Below are positions 37,983 through 47,600 of a stretch of 64,000 bases of DNA, one piece after another. Made by a program: the position numbers and the translations under genes. Source of the DNA: Clostridiales bacterium (GTDB lineage: Bacteria > Bacillota > Clostridia > Christensenellales > UBA1242); contig SVHX01000004.1 in NCBI GenBank assembly GCA_015055665.1, forward strand, positions 28,021 to 92,020, written 5' to 3'. The notes under the pieces were generated by a model. It made no database searches. It had not been told where the DNA came from and saw nothing but the letters and a program-made list of their open reading frames with translations. The first letter of the stretch is position 1, and each line of letters starts with the position of its first letter.

Positions 37983-38177
37983 TTACTCCTTATTTAAAAT
38001 TTCCAATGTTTTTAGCAAGCAATGATAAACTCTGTTTATTGAACTTATACTTATTCTTTCTTGTGTTGTGTGAATATCATAAACATTTGGGGATATGGTG
38101 CAAATATCTAAATCTTTAATATTTTTAGAGAAGATTACTCGTTCCATACAGGCGTGAACTCTTTTAATAATTCTTCT
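37983..38177 (-). pseudogene. C-terminal remnant of an M20C aminoacyl-histidine dipeptidase (PepD-like)
   Basis: The hand-translated frame reads RRIIKRVHACMERVIFSKNIKDLDICTISPNVYDIHTTQERISISSINRVYHCLLKTLEILNKE*. This parallels the PepD C-terminus (IHAGLECG...GP.I.GPHSPDE.V.I.SV...W.LL). No upstream coding sequence remains. Confidence 0.45.
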
Positions 38178-38365
38178 TTATCTGCACCTTTTTCCATAAT
38201 AACTCCTATAAATATATTATAGCATAAACTTTTGATGATTGGTATTAAATTACTAAATTTTTCAAAAAAACACTGTATCATCAACGATAAAGTGTTCTTC
38301 ATTTACAATTATTTCGCTCGTTTCAAAATTGCTAGACTATAACGAAGTGTTTTTTTATATATACC

Positions 38366-39427
38366 TTAAGCTTTATTTTGTCTTTTCATTTTTAGATATC
38401 TCATCAATCCAACTACCAAGAAAATAATTGCTAAGGTCATCAAAGTTACGCAAATAATAGCATGTATATTATTATCTATAATGTCCTCTTGCCACACCGC
38501 AAAGTTAGCCTTCGTAATATTCGCATCATCAATTATATCCGTCTGAACAAATGTGTTGTTTACTTTAATAAACATTGGTGGCAAATATAGAAATAGATTA
38601 ATTAAGAATAAAATAATGCTTGTTTTTAATAATTTGTTTACCTTTAAAAATTTCACACAAATTAGAATATTAATAATAACATAAACAATCAAAGTTATTG
38701 GCAATGCAATCCTTATATACCAATTATCGTGAGTACTATTATTGGAATTAGTAAACAAATTAATAGCAACTAGAAGGAGATTTAACATAGCAAAATCTAA
38801 TCCAATAGAAACAAAATCATTATATTTTTTTATTTTAGCAAAAACTTTATATTTTGTAATATATATTGGAGCAAACACAATAACTACCCCCAACAAAACT
38901 GAAAGTGATGCAACCCAAAACCATTTTCCATTGGTATAAATACAACAAACGCCTAATAGTAAACATAAAGACAAGAACATGGCAAGTGGCAAAAAAATTA
39001 GTTTGTGTTTTTTTATAAGTTTCGGAAGATTTGTAAAGGTAAAAGCAAGCACCAAGGCTGATAACACAATCCAAAACCAAGTTAGGCCTTTATTAATTGC
39101 TAAGTCACAAATAAAACAAGGAATAAGTGCTATTGCATAGGCGATATAGAAAAACAAATTCCAAGACAGCGAAAACGCTCTCCATTTTTTTGCTTGAACT
39201 TTTTCTTCCCTAGATTGCTCATCTATACTTGCTGTTATAAGTTCATGCTCAGTAACTCCTAAAATCTCTGATATCTTAGGCAATAAAGTTATGTCTGGAT
39301 GAGCAATATTCTTCTCCCACTTACTAACCGCAGACTCTGAAACAAATAGCACTTTTGCTATTTCCTTTTGAGTTAACTTTTTCTCTTGTCGTTTTTGTTT
39401 TAAAAAGTCGCCAAAGTTATACTTCAT
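38366..39427 (-). CDS. XRE-family HTH fused to a polytopic membrane domain
   Basis: N-terminal LTQKEIAKVLFVSESAVSKWEKN HTH followed by about 8 hydrophobic helices. GGAGGG RBS. Confidence 0.75.
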   Translation of the reverse strand: MKYNFGDFLKQKRQEKKLTQKEIAKVLFVSESAVSKWEKNIAHPDITLLPKISEILGVTEHELITASIDEQSREEKVQAKKWRAFSLSWNLFFYIAYAIALIPCFICDLAINKGLTWFWIVLSALVLAFTFTNLPKLIKKHKLIFLPLAMFLSLCLLLGVCCIYTNGKWFWVASLSVLLGVVIVFAPIYITKYKVFAKIKKYNDFVSIGLDFAMLNLLLVAINLFTNSNNSTHDNWYIRIALPITLIVYVIINILICVKFLKVNKLLKTSIILFLINLFLYLPPMFIKVNNTFVQTDIIDDANITKANFAVWQEDIIDNNIHAIICVTLMTLAIIFLVVGLMRYLKMKRQNKA

Positions 39428-39491
39428 AATCCCTCCTTAAGATATTTAAAGTATAACATACTATTATCAATTTTATATTAATTTTTTACAG

Positions 39492-39522
39492 ATTGCTACT
39501 TGAAAATTATTCAAGTTGCAAT
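39492..39522. promoter_or_regulatory. 31-bp near-perfect palindrome upstream of the HTH-membrane gene (candidate operator)
   Basis: ATTGCtACTTGAA-aatta-TTCAAGTtGCAAT. Arms match 12/13. Lies 65-95 nt upstream of ATG 39427. Confidence 0.35.
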
Positions 39523-39559
39523 TTCAAATCCCTCATGACACTTGTTCACAATAGAAATA

Positions 39560-39597
39560 AAAAAACAAATACCCCTATAACTCATACTAGGGTATTT
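39560..39597 (-). terminator. Terminator of the repeat-protein gene
   Basis: AAATACCC...GGGTATTT stem followed by a T-run on the minus strand. Confidence 0.6.
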
Positions 39598-39610
39598 ATA
39601 TCATTATGTA

Positions 39611-41389
39611 TTATTTGCTCCATCCGGCATACAATACCATAACAGTGTCTGTAATCTCACTAAACATTGTTGACGCCTCAAGGTCTACTTCTGTATTGAC
39701 TTCGACAAGTGTAGTAAACCAACCAACGAAAGTGTATCCAGCCTTAGTTGGCTCAGGCAAATTGAATTCTACACCCTCAACCAATATTATCTCGCCTTCG
39801 CTAACCACCCCACCATTAGCAACCAGCGTTACACGTGCTACTTTTTTGTTGTATACTCCACAAATATCCACAACTCCATCTTCGTTAGCAACATCCTGCA
39901 CTAGTCCTGTTGTTAACGCTATATCACCACACATCCATCCAGCGAAGTCTATTCCAGATATCAATGCGTCCGCTTCGATAACCATATTTGTTTCGATATC
40001 TCTTACAAAGACTGTATCTTCTTCAATATATATCCAACTTCCATAAGCCACAGTGCCGTGAGTTTTGCCATCTATAATTATATCATAATAATTAAGACTA
40101 ATATTCTCCACAACTATTTCCATATCGCACTGGATATTCTCAAATACATAAGTATCGCTTTCTAATCTAGTTGGATATATTCTGGTATCTCCATTAATTC
40201 CGTAGACAACATAATCCGATTGGTCATATGCTTTCGAAAGTATTACGCAAAATTCAACACTTTGGTTATACTCTCTATATACAATTCTATTACTAGTCAA
40301 TGTATCTACTGTAAGATTGAGGGCAAACTTTCCGTTATTCTTTGGCAATGTTATCGCGTAAACATCCTTGTCCCATACAACTTCAAGCACCATGTTGCTT
40401 GTAACAACATCACCCACATTAAGAATTGTGTTGTTTGCGTCCTTAAACCCAATCAAGGTATATCCCTCACGATCAAACTGCTCTCCTGCAAGCATCTCTC
40501 CATGAGGTATTTCCATTGTTAATTCCTCGTTATCGTATTTGAATATAACACTATATATATTAATATTTATATCTTCTACTGTTATATCGAAATCCTCAAC
40601 GAAATTACTAACAATTACATCAAATCCATCATTTGTCTGAGTTAAGACAACATCTCCACTAGTAGACAATACTTGCGGAGTTGACATATTAACATTATCT
40701 TTTAATGATAGATGAAAAGTTAGCGTATCGCATTGAGAGATATACCCATTATGTGATACATTAGATATTGTATAGTCGGAAGATGAAGGAAGATCAAATT
40801 GAAATACAATATCTTCGTAAATAGGAATTAGTTGTATTTGCTGAATAGATATCTTGTCAAAAGAAAACTCTTCTAATATGTATCGCTCTTCATCACAAAC
40901 AATCTCCCATCTTACGAAATTCTTTCCCTTCTGACTAGGCTGAGCAATTTCAATTGAAGTATTATCTCCAATGATAATTAGCTTGTTGTTCTGCTCCACA
41001 AATTCATGCTGATGAGTAAGATATATGTCTTGGTCGCCATAAGACAACATATATACCTTCTCCTTCCATTGAGCATAAAGCACCAATTCGTCCTCAACAA
41101 ATATCTCTTGAGTTAGGATGTTGTCTTGGTCTTTATCAAGCGACCACCCCACAAACGAATATCCTATTTTGATTGGAGTTTCCGGAAAAGATATCTTCTC
41201 GCCCTTGTAATAAGTCTGAACAACAACACTATTTTCGTCATTGACATATTTAACAGTGCACACTTCGTTATGCATCAAATGAATACATAACCCCAACGCC
41301 AATATAACGCCTTCAACTATTACAAATAGCGAAATCGCAAGCCTTTTTTTGTATTTATTCGAGTCGTTTTTGTCAGTATTTTTTTCCAC
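39611..41389 (-). CDS. Membrane-anchored protein with Listeria-Bacteroides type repeats
   Basis: GTG start with AAGGA RBS. N-terminal TM (LAISLFVIVEGVILALGL). Repeated GY-F-GW motifs: IGYSFVGWSL, GKNFVRWEI, EGYTLIGFKD, KAGYTFVGWFT, and YAGW at the C-terminus. Confidence 0.7.
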   Translation of the reverse strand: MEKNTDKNDSNKYKKRLAISLFVIVEGVILALGLCIHLMHNEVCTVKYVNDENSVVVQTYYKGEKISFPETPIKIGYSFVGWSLDKDQDNILTQEIFVEDELVLYAQWKEKVYMLSYGDQDIYLTHQHEFVEQNNKLIIIGDNTSIEIAQPSQKGKNFVRWEIVCDEERYILEEFSFDKISIQQIQLIPIYEDIVFQFDLPSSSDYTISNVSHNGYISQCDTLTFHLSLKDNVNMSTPQVLSTSGDVVLTQTNDGFDVIVSNFVEDFDITVEDININIYSVIFKYDNEELTMEIPHGEMLAGEQFDREGYTLIGFKDANNTILNVGDVVTSNMVLEVVWDKDVYAITLPKNNGKFALNLTVDTLTSNRIVYREYNQSVEFCVILSKAYDQSDYVVYGINGDTRIYPTRLESDTYVFENIQCDMEIVVENISLNYYDIIIDGKTHGTVAYGSWIYIEEDTVFVRDIETNMVIEADALISGIDFAGWMCGDIALTTGLVQDVANEDGVVDICGVYNKKVARVTLVANGGVVSEGEIILVEGVEFNLPEPTKAGYTFVGWFTTLVEVNTEVDLEASTMFSEITDTVMVLYAGWSK

Positions 41390-41560
41390 TTTCAGTCCTT
41401 TTAAATTAGTAATTTTTGTCTTTTCGACAACTTTGGGTAAAAACCGGCAAGGTCAATTATACCACGCAGGAACAACCAAGTCAAACAATTTTTATCGCAA
41501 TTTTTAAAAAATTTTTAACACCATAATTTATGCATCTAGGTCAAAATTTTAGTTTTGCTA

Positions 41561-41589
41561 TTGAAATTGCCATTTTTTTGTGATACAAT
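41561..41589 (+). promoter_or_regulatory. Strong sigma-A promoter with extended -10
   Basis: TTGAAA (41561-66), 17-nt spacer ending in TGTGa, then TACAAT (41584-89). Confidence 0.55.
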
Positions 41590-41625
41590 ATATATGCAAT
41601 ATTTCTATAAGGTGGTATAGATATT

Positions 41626-42240
41626 ATGAGTATTATGGATTTTTACAATAGTAAGACAATAGACAACCAAGATTTTGGCAACAAGCGTATGATTAGACTT
41701 GTCTATGTAGATATGGCTATATACAAGGCAAAAATTGGTTATACCAAGAAATTTGGCTCCGTTAACACCTCATCAATGGAAGAATCTCAAGTAGGTCAAC
41801 ACTACTATATTTCTAACCCTTACAGACTTCCATATGGTATGAGTATAGAGGATGCTTGCAAGATTGTATCGTATCTTTCTGAACAGAACGAAAAAAACAA
41901 TGATATTCGCCCTGCAGGATATTCTAGCGTAGCAACTGTTGATGAACAACTAAGCTCTTATGGTCTTGTAGAGGTTAAGCCTAGTACTCCTAGAAAGAAG
42001 AACAAATCCGAAACTTATGGCTATAACGAAGAGATCGATATAGTACTATCTGGATGCCCCGAAATGCCAGGAGTGGTCGACCTATTCACCGTAGGAGATA
42101 AGATACTATTTAGTAAATCTCGCATGGCAGATAGATACTTTGAGTGGTTCACTCCTGATGTTACAGGCAAAGAAATACTTAAGATAATGTCTAGATGCGA
42201 CATAGAACCCGATTATGATGACCCTTCTAACGAACTATAA
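41626..42240 (+). CDS. Hypothetical protein (204 aa)
   Basis: AAGGTGG RBS. No motif recognised. Confidence 0.6.
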   Translation: MSIMDFYNSKTIDNQDFGNKRMIRLVYVDMAIYKAKIGYTKKFGSVNTSSMEESQVGQHYYISNPYRLPYGMSIEDACKIVSYLSEQNEKNNDIRPAGYSSVATVDEQLSSYGLVEVKPSTPRKKNKSETYGYNEEIDIVLSGCPEMPGVVDLFTVGDKILFSKSRMADRYFEWFTPDVTGKEILKIMSRCDIEPDYDDPSNEL

Positions 42241-42261
42241 TATATTGTTTAGGAATTAATA

Positions 42262-42579
42262 ATGAGTGTAATTGTACATATAAAATCTACCGATAGCGAT
42301 TCAGCCAAGCTTACCAAGATCAATATCGCAACCAAAGCTTGTGGCAGAGAACTATACAACGCATGCATACAATCAGATAACTGTGATGAAGAAGCCAAGA
42401 AATATATAAAACTTGAGACTTGCAACGGATTTATATATGGCGAACTTGTCAAATATTTGTATAGTCTACCACTTGACCAAGACCATGTTATCGAAACCAA
42501 TCCTAAATGGATCAAAAAAATCACCCGCTGGGCTCAGAAAAGCCTCGACCAAGAAACCTCCTCCATGGAGAATAAATAA
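42262..42579 (+). CDS. Hypothetical protein (105 aa)
   Basis: Begins 21 nt after the previous gene. AGGA RBS. Scattered Cys residues (CGRELYNACIQSDNCDE...CNG). Confidence 0.55.
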   Translation: MSVIVHIKSTDSDSAKLTKINIATKACGRELYNACIQSDNCDEEAKKYIKLETCNGFIYGELVKYLYSLPLDQDHVIETNPKWIKKITRWAQKSLDQETSSMENK

Positions 42580-42630
42580 TATATCAAAACAAAAAAACAA
42601 CTCCAAAGGGTTGTTTTTTTGTTTTCCTAC

Positions 42631-43866
42631 TTACTTTCCAATAATAGTCATCATCTCGGCAATTTCTTCTTCGCTTGGTCTTGCAACAAAGTTGTTACTA
42701 AAGTATGTGTGAAGACTATCAATCTTCATCTTGCGGTGTTTATCTATGATTGTCCTCTCTAATTGCCTTGTTCTCTTCCCGGCTCGCACAGCTAAGATAA
42801 TCCATATAACACCCAATAACACTGTTATTATAGTCCAAGGAAGGAATATAGCTAGCGGAACTCTAGCCCCATTAATCATTAGCGTAGCTACAAAGGCGAC
42901 AAACAGCAATACGGAAGATAATAACGTTAGTATCGAAATTACCTTGGTGCTCTTTCTGCCTTGTTTTTTGCTTTCCGCCACCGCTTTCTCTTTGGTTTCG
43001 TCCTTTACGCCAGATACTTTAATACTTTTGTAATCATTGGCGACACACTCTAGCATACCAGCTCCTTCGCCATGATTAAACTCCATAAAATATGTAGGCA
43101 AAACATAATTATTAATTACACCTCTCTGCGAATCTATCCTCTCGATATGTTCGTTCCTATGACTATCTCCAGGAATATTAAAAATATAATGTCGAGATGC
43201 TTCTTTCTCATTATTAGCAATTGCTGTATCCAAATCCGCCTTAGTTGGCATAGGGATACTTTTGGTTTCTTCTGCCTTAGGCGGTCTTACATCACTATGA
43301 GGTATTCTTTCGATAGCTGTAAGGATTGACTTCGTATCCACATTGACCCCATCAAGCGAAATTACTTGCTTGCGATTATGAGAGTATGTTCCTCTATAAT
43401 AATCCCAATCCGTGTAATAATAATCTTTAGAAACTCGCCTTGTTTCGTAACTTTTTGAACTATGATCATAATATCTTTCGGTTTCCCATCTAGTACCTTT
43501 GCGTTCGTATCCGACATCCGCACTATAATACACTATTGACTTGCACTTAACCACGCCATAATGCCTATTCTCTAGATGAACACTTCCAAATGCCGAATCA
43601 AAGATATCCACTGGACTATCTGGACTCAAGGCAAGAGCAATCAACGACTTTCGCCAAAATGTGTCTTTGTCCACATTATTCTTTACCACCACAATATTGG
43701 TTTCCTTAGCAATTGCTGCATCTACATTGCCTATCCTTGTATTAGCCGCTTTCCTTCGTGGCAACTCAATTGTCGATCCACAATGCTCGCATTGACCAAC
43801 CCTTCCCTGTACATTAATTACAGTAGACCCACAGTTGCTACACTGAATTATATTCACTTCAGACAT
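42631..43866 (-). CDS. Double zinc-ribbon protein with C-terminal transmembrane helices
   Basis: CSNCGS...CEHCGS at the N-terminus. Tyr/Arg-rich middle region. Two TM helices (VISILTLLSSVLLFVAFVATL, LPWTIITVLLGVIWIILAV). Confidence 0.65.
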   Translation of the reverse strand: MSEVNIIQCSNCGSTVINVQGRVGQCEHCGSTIELPRRKAANTRIGNVDAAIAKETNIVVVKNNVDKDTFWRKSLIALALSPDSPVDIFDSAFGSVHLENRHYGVVKCKSIVYYSADVGYERKGTRWETERYYDHSSKSYETRRVSKDYYYTDWDYYRGTYSHNRKQVISLDGVNVDTKSILTAIERIPHSDVRPPKAEETKSIPMPTKADLDTAIANNEKEASRHYIFNIPGDSHRNEHIERIDSQRGVINNYVLPTYFMEFNHGEGAGMLECVANDYKSIKVSGVKDETKEKAVAESKKQGRKSTKVISILTLLSSVLLFVAFVATLMINGARVPLAIFLPWTIITVLLGVIWIILAVRAGKRTRQLERTIIDKHRKMKIDSLHTYFSNNFVARPSEEEIAEMMTIIGK

Positions 43867-43958
43867 TAGCTCTTTCCTTTTCCTTTTGCATTTATTATGT
43901 GTATTCTACCACAACAACCTAATTTTTGCAATTTTATTACATTATTTTATATCTCTAA

Positions 43959-43987
43959 TTGACATTTTGTATAGTTTTTGATACTAT
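43959..43987 (+). promoter_or_regulatory. Consensus-like promoter of the HD/ABC operon
   Basis: TTGACA (43959-64), 17-nt spacer ending in TGa, then TACTAT (43982-87). A CTAAGGAA...TTCCTTAG hairpin lies in the leader. Confidence 0.55.
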
Positions 43988-44067
43988 ATATTATATTTTT
44001 ATCGACTAAGGAATTATAATAGCTTCCTTAGCCCCTAACCTTAATATTTCATAAGGAGTGTGGGACA

Positions 44068-44673
44068 ATGCATATAGATATTAATGATGAAGTCAATATA
44101 GACGAAGTAATTGAATTTGCCACCGAGAGGCATAGAGGACAATTGCGTTCTGATGGACAGGAATACATCACTCACCCATTACGCGTTAGTGATATTGTTT
44201 CCAAGTACAAGCCTTCGCAGAACGCGAATATCTTGCGAGCAGGTGCAATTCTGCATGATGTTCTCGAGGATACATATACTAGTTATAGAGAACTTCAAGA
44301 TAGATTCGGCGAAGTTATAGCTAGCCTTGTTATGGAAGTTACCTCGTCAACATTTATGCCCAAGCTAGTAGGCAAGCAGATATACCTAGCTCACAAGATG
44401 CAGTATATGTCTAGCTACGCACTTATTATTAAACTAGCCGATAGACTAGATAATATATCAGACCTCAAAGGTCTTAAGCCCGAGAAAATCAAGAAAACAT
44501 TTTATGATACAATCTATATGATTAACTATATAGAAAACAAGAGAATTCTTACAGACGCTCAGAGCAATCTCGTTGAGGCTATCAGAGCAAAGCTCTCAGA
44601 TATCAACAAACAATACCACTTTGCATCAGGCTCGCTAGTTAGCGATAGCGATCTGGATCAAGACGAACTATAA
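44068..44673 (+). CDS. RelA/SpoT-type HD hydrolase domain protein (small alarmone hydrolase-like)
   Basis: ERHRGQLRSDGQEYITHPLRV, ILHDVLEDT and LADRLDN match the (p)ppGpp hydrolase HD domain. There is no synthetase domain. 201 aa. Confidence 0.8.
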   Translation: MHIDINDEVNIDEVIEFATERHRGQLRSDGQEYITHPLRVSDIVSKYKPSQNANILRAGAILHDVLEDTYTSYRELQDRFGEVIASLVMEVTSSTFMPKLVGKQIYLAHKMQYMSSYALIIKLADRLDNISDLKGLKPEKIKKTFYDTIYMINYIENKRILTDAQSNLVEAIRAKLSDINKQYHFASGSLVSDSDLDQDEL

Positions 44674-44682
44674 GGAGGATAT

Positions 44683-47600
44683 ATGTTACAAGTCAAGAAT
44701 TTAATCAAAATGTACCGCATTGGCAAATCTAAAGAAAAAGTTACAGCTCTATCTGGCGTTTCGATAGACTTTCCAGAGAAAGGCCTTGTATTCTTGCTAG
44801 GTAAATCCGGTAGCGGTAAGTCTACCCTTCTTAACGCAATTGGTGGACTAGACACCTTCGATTCCGGAGAAATTATTATCAAGGGCAAATCAAGTGCGGA
44901 CTTTACCCAAGCAGACTTTGATAGTTACCGTAATACATTTATAGGATTCATATTCCAAGAATACAATATTCTAGAAGAATTCACCGTTGCCAAGAACTTA
45001 AGTATAGCTCTAGAACTCCAAGGCAAGAAAGCAGACAAAGAAGAAGTAGACAAACTACTTGACCAAGTGGATATGTTAGAATATGGCAAACGTAAACCTA
45101 ACCAACTATCTGGCGGTCAGAAGCAAAGAGTTGCAATAGCTCGTGCACTTATTAAGAATCCCGAAATAATTATGGCAGACGAACCTACCGGTGCCCTTGA
45201 TAGCAACACCGGTAAGCAGGTTATGGACACACTCAAGAAGTTGTCCAAAGAAAAGCTTGTAATTATCGTATCTCACGATAGAGAATTTGCCGAGATATAT
45301 GGCGACAGAATCATAGAACTAAAAGATGGCAAGATTATCCAAGACATCACCAAGAAAGAGGTTGAGCCCGCCAAGACACAGTCTGGAGTTAGTATTATAG
45401 ACAATTCAATAATACATATCAAGAAAGGCACACCCCTCACCAATGACGATATCAGACAGATTAGCGAAGTTCTTACCACCCAATCTCGCAACACAGATAT
45501 TTTGATCTCTATTGATGACAAGGCTAATCAACAAGTTAAGAAAGCTAGCTTCATAACAGACGAAGGCAACAAAGAAACCTTCGTGCAGACATCACCAGAA
45601 GATACTGCACTCAAGAAATACGACCCTAAAGAGTTTAAACTTATCAAATCGCAACTTAAGTTCAAAGACTCATTTAAGATGGGTGCAAGTGCACTTAAGA
45701 ACAAAGTATGGAAACTCGTATTCACAATATTCCTATCTTTCCTAGCATTTGGTATGTTTGGCGTTGTTGACACATTGTCTACGTTCAATCGTGCAGACGC
45801 AGTCTTCTCCACAATCGAACTTACTGGAGAAAAGCATCTATCACTGCTCAAAGAGGCCAAGGCTGATGGTTATCCAACAAGACAACCAACTTCTGCATCT
45901 GATCTATCTAAATTTCAGAAAGACAATCAAGATATCATGTTCCAACCGGTTGTAGGCACTAATGCTCGATTTAATCAATCCATCGGTTATTATAGCTCTG
46001 GTGATAGCAACAAATTATATATCAACAATCTAATGACATCTGGTACCCATCCGGCTTACGAACCATATACATCTGGAGTAGTTGATATCTCAGAATCCAA
46101 ATTAAAAAATCTAGGATTTGAGCTTTTGCCAGGAGGCAAACTACCAGAAGATGACGATCCCGGCATTATCGAAATTTGTATCTCAAAACATCTCTACGAA
46201 TGCTACAAAAACAATAATCCTGATACAATAAAGTCAGAAAGCGATATCCTTAACAAAACTTGTACTTTGCATAATGATTACAGCAATAGTAGTATGTTCC
46301 AATATAAAATAGTAGGTATTATAGACAATCACGAGGATCTTAGCGAATTCTATAATATGGATAGCGAAGCACTAAACTCTTTCGCGGGCATGATGACAGA
46401 ATCTAAGATGAGAACAATCCTAAATTATGGTTACAATAGCATGATTTACACTACAAAAACTCACTTTGATCAACTGTCTTCTCGCAAACTTAGCACCTCT
46501 GCACCAATATGGCACGATGGTGACGAGTACGCCAGCAACAATTTGGAACTACAAAGATTAGATACTTACCAAAACAAAAAGAATAATTACTACAACGAAT
46601 TACCTGATTACTATTATCAGAATTTTAACGACAACTTCTACATCAAAAACAATGCAAAACTAGCTTCGCCTGCTGGAATTATCCCGCTTGCAGACAATGA
46701 AGTTATTTTATACAGATATTGCCTATCTTATATAATCAGCGAAACCGATAATGCCAGCGATTCGGAGTTGATGTCAGCAATTGACGCTGGAGTAACAATC
46801 AAGCTTCGCCAAACGGAGAATTCAGCAGATGATGTATTAGGTGAACCGCTAACAGTTGTTGGATACGCCAATTATTACGGCACCATTATTTCTAACGACA
46901 AGCTCAAATTAGCACTTTCGGAATACCCAACAGTTTATGTGTTCAATTCAGAAGATGAATACTTCGGACATAATTACTACACCGAAGAAATACGAACACC
47001 TAGCGAAACGTTCAAATCTCAATATTCTTTCGAATCAAAAATTACTTATTATAATGGCACAGCAGATTATACTGGAGATGTAAACCTAAAAGAAGATGAA
47101 ATTATACTGCCTCTTTCTTATATGTTCGGCAACAACAATTATATCTCGGATGAAAGTGCTAGAAAATTAGCCGCTCAAGCCATGATCGCCGAACGTAGTT
47201 GCAAAGTCACGCTTAAAGAATATAACGATGAAGACTCCCCTATAATATGTACATTTACAGTAGTTGGATACAACGAGTATGACAACGAAGCATGTTACAT
47301 TTCTGAAGAATATTTAAACACTTATATCAAAGATAGAGTATATGGTTACGATTACGTAATAGCATCCATTGGCGATAATGTTAGAGCACACCGCGATTTC
47401 ATAACTTCTTGCGAAAAATACAATGATGATAATATCAAATTCGCTGTTCAAAATGGATCCACATCAGTGCTTGATAACTTTGGTAATACAATCGAGCAAG
47501 TTGCTAGTATTCTTATATGGTTTGCTCTAGGAATTGCATTATTTGCCTCCCTACTACTTATGAACTTCATATCTACTTCAATTTCGTATAAGAAACGTGA

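Noticed and set aside
38135-38197. 20-codon ORF (MEKGADKEELLKEFTPVWNE) with a good AGGAG RBS.
   Set aside because: It is too short and runs into the PepD remnant in a different frame. It is most likely a by-product of the rearrangement scar. I left it unannotated as a gene.
29544-39427. A single large tRNA-Ser-linked genomic island spanning all AT-rich genes.
   Set aside because: Composition is mosaic: the lipoprotein and GH13 genes have backbone-like GC. I saw no integrase and no repeat of the tRNA 3' end. I treated the area as separate AT-rich blocks instead.
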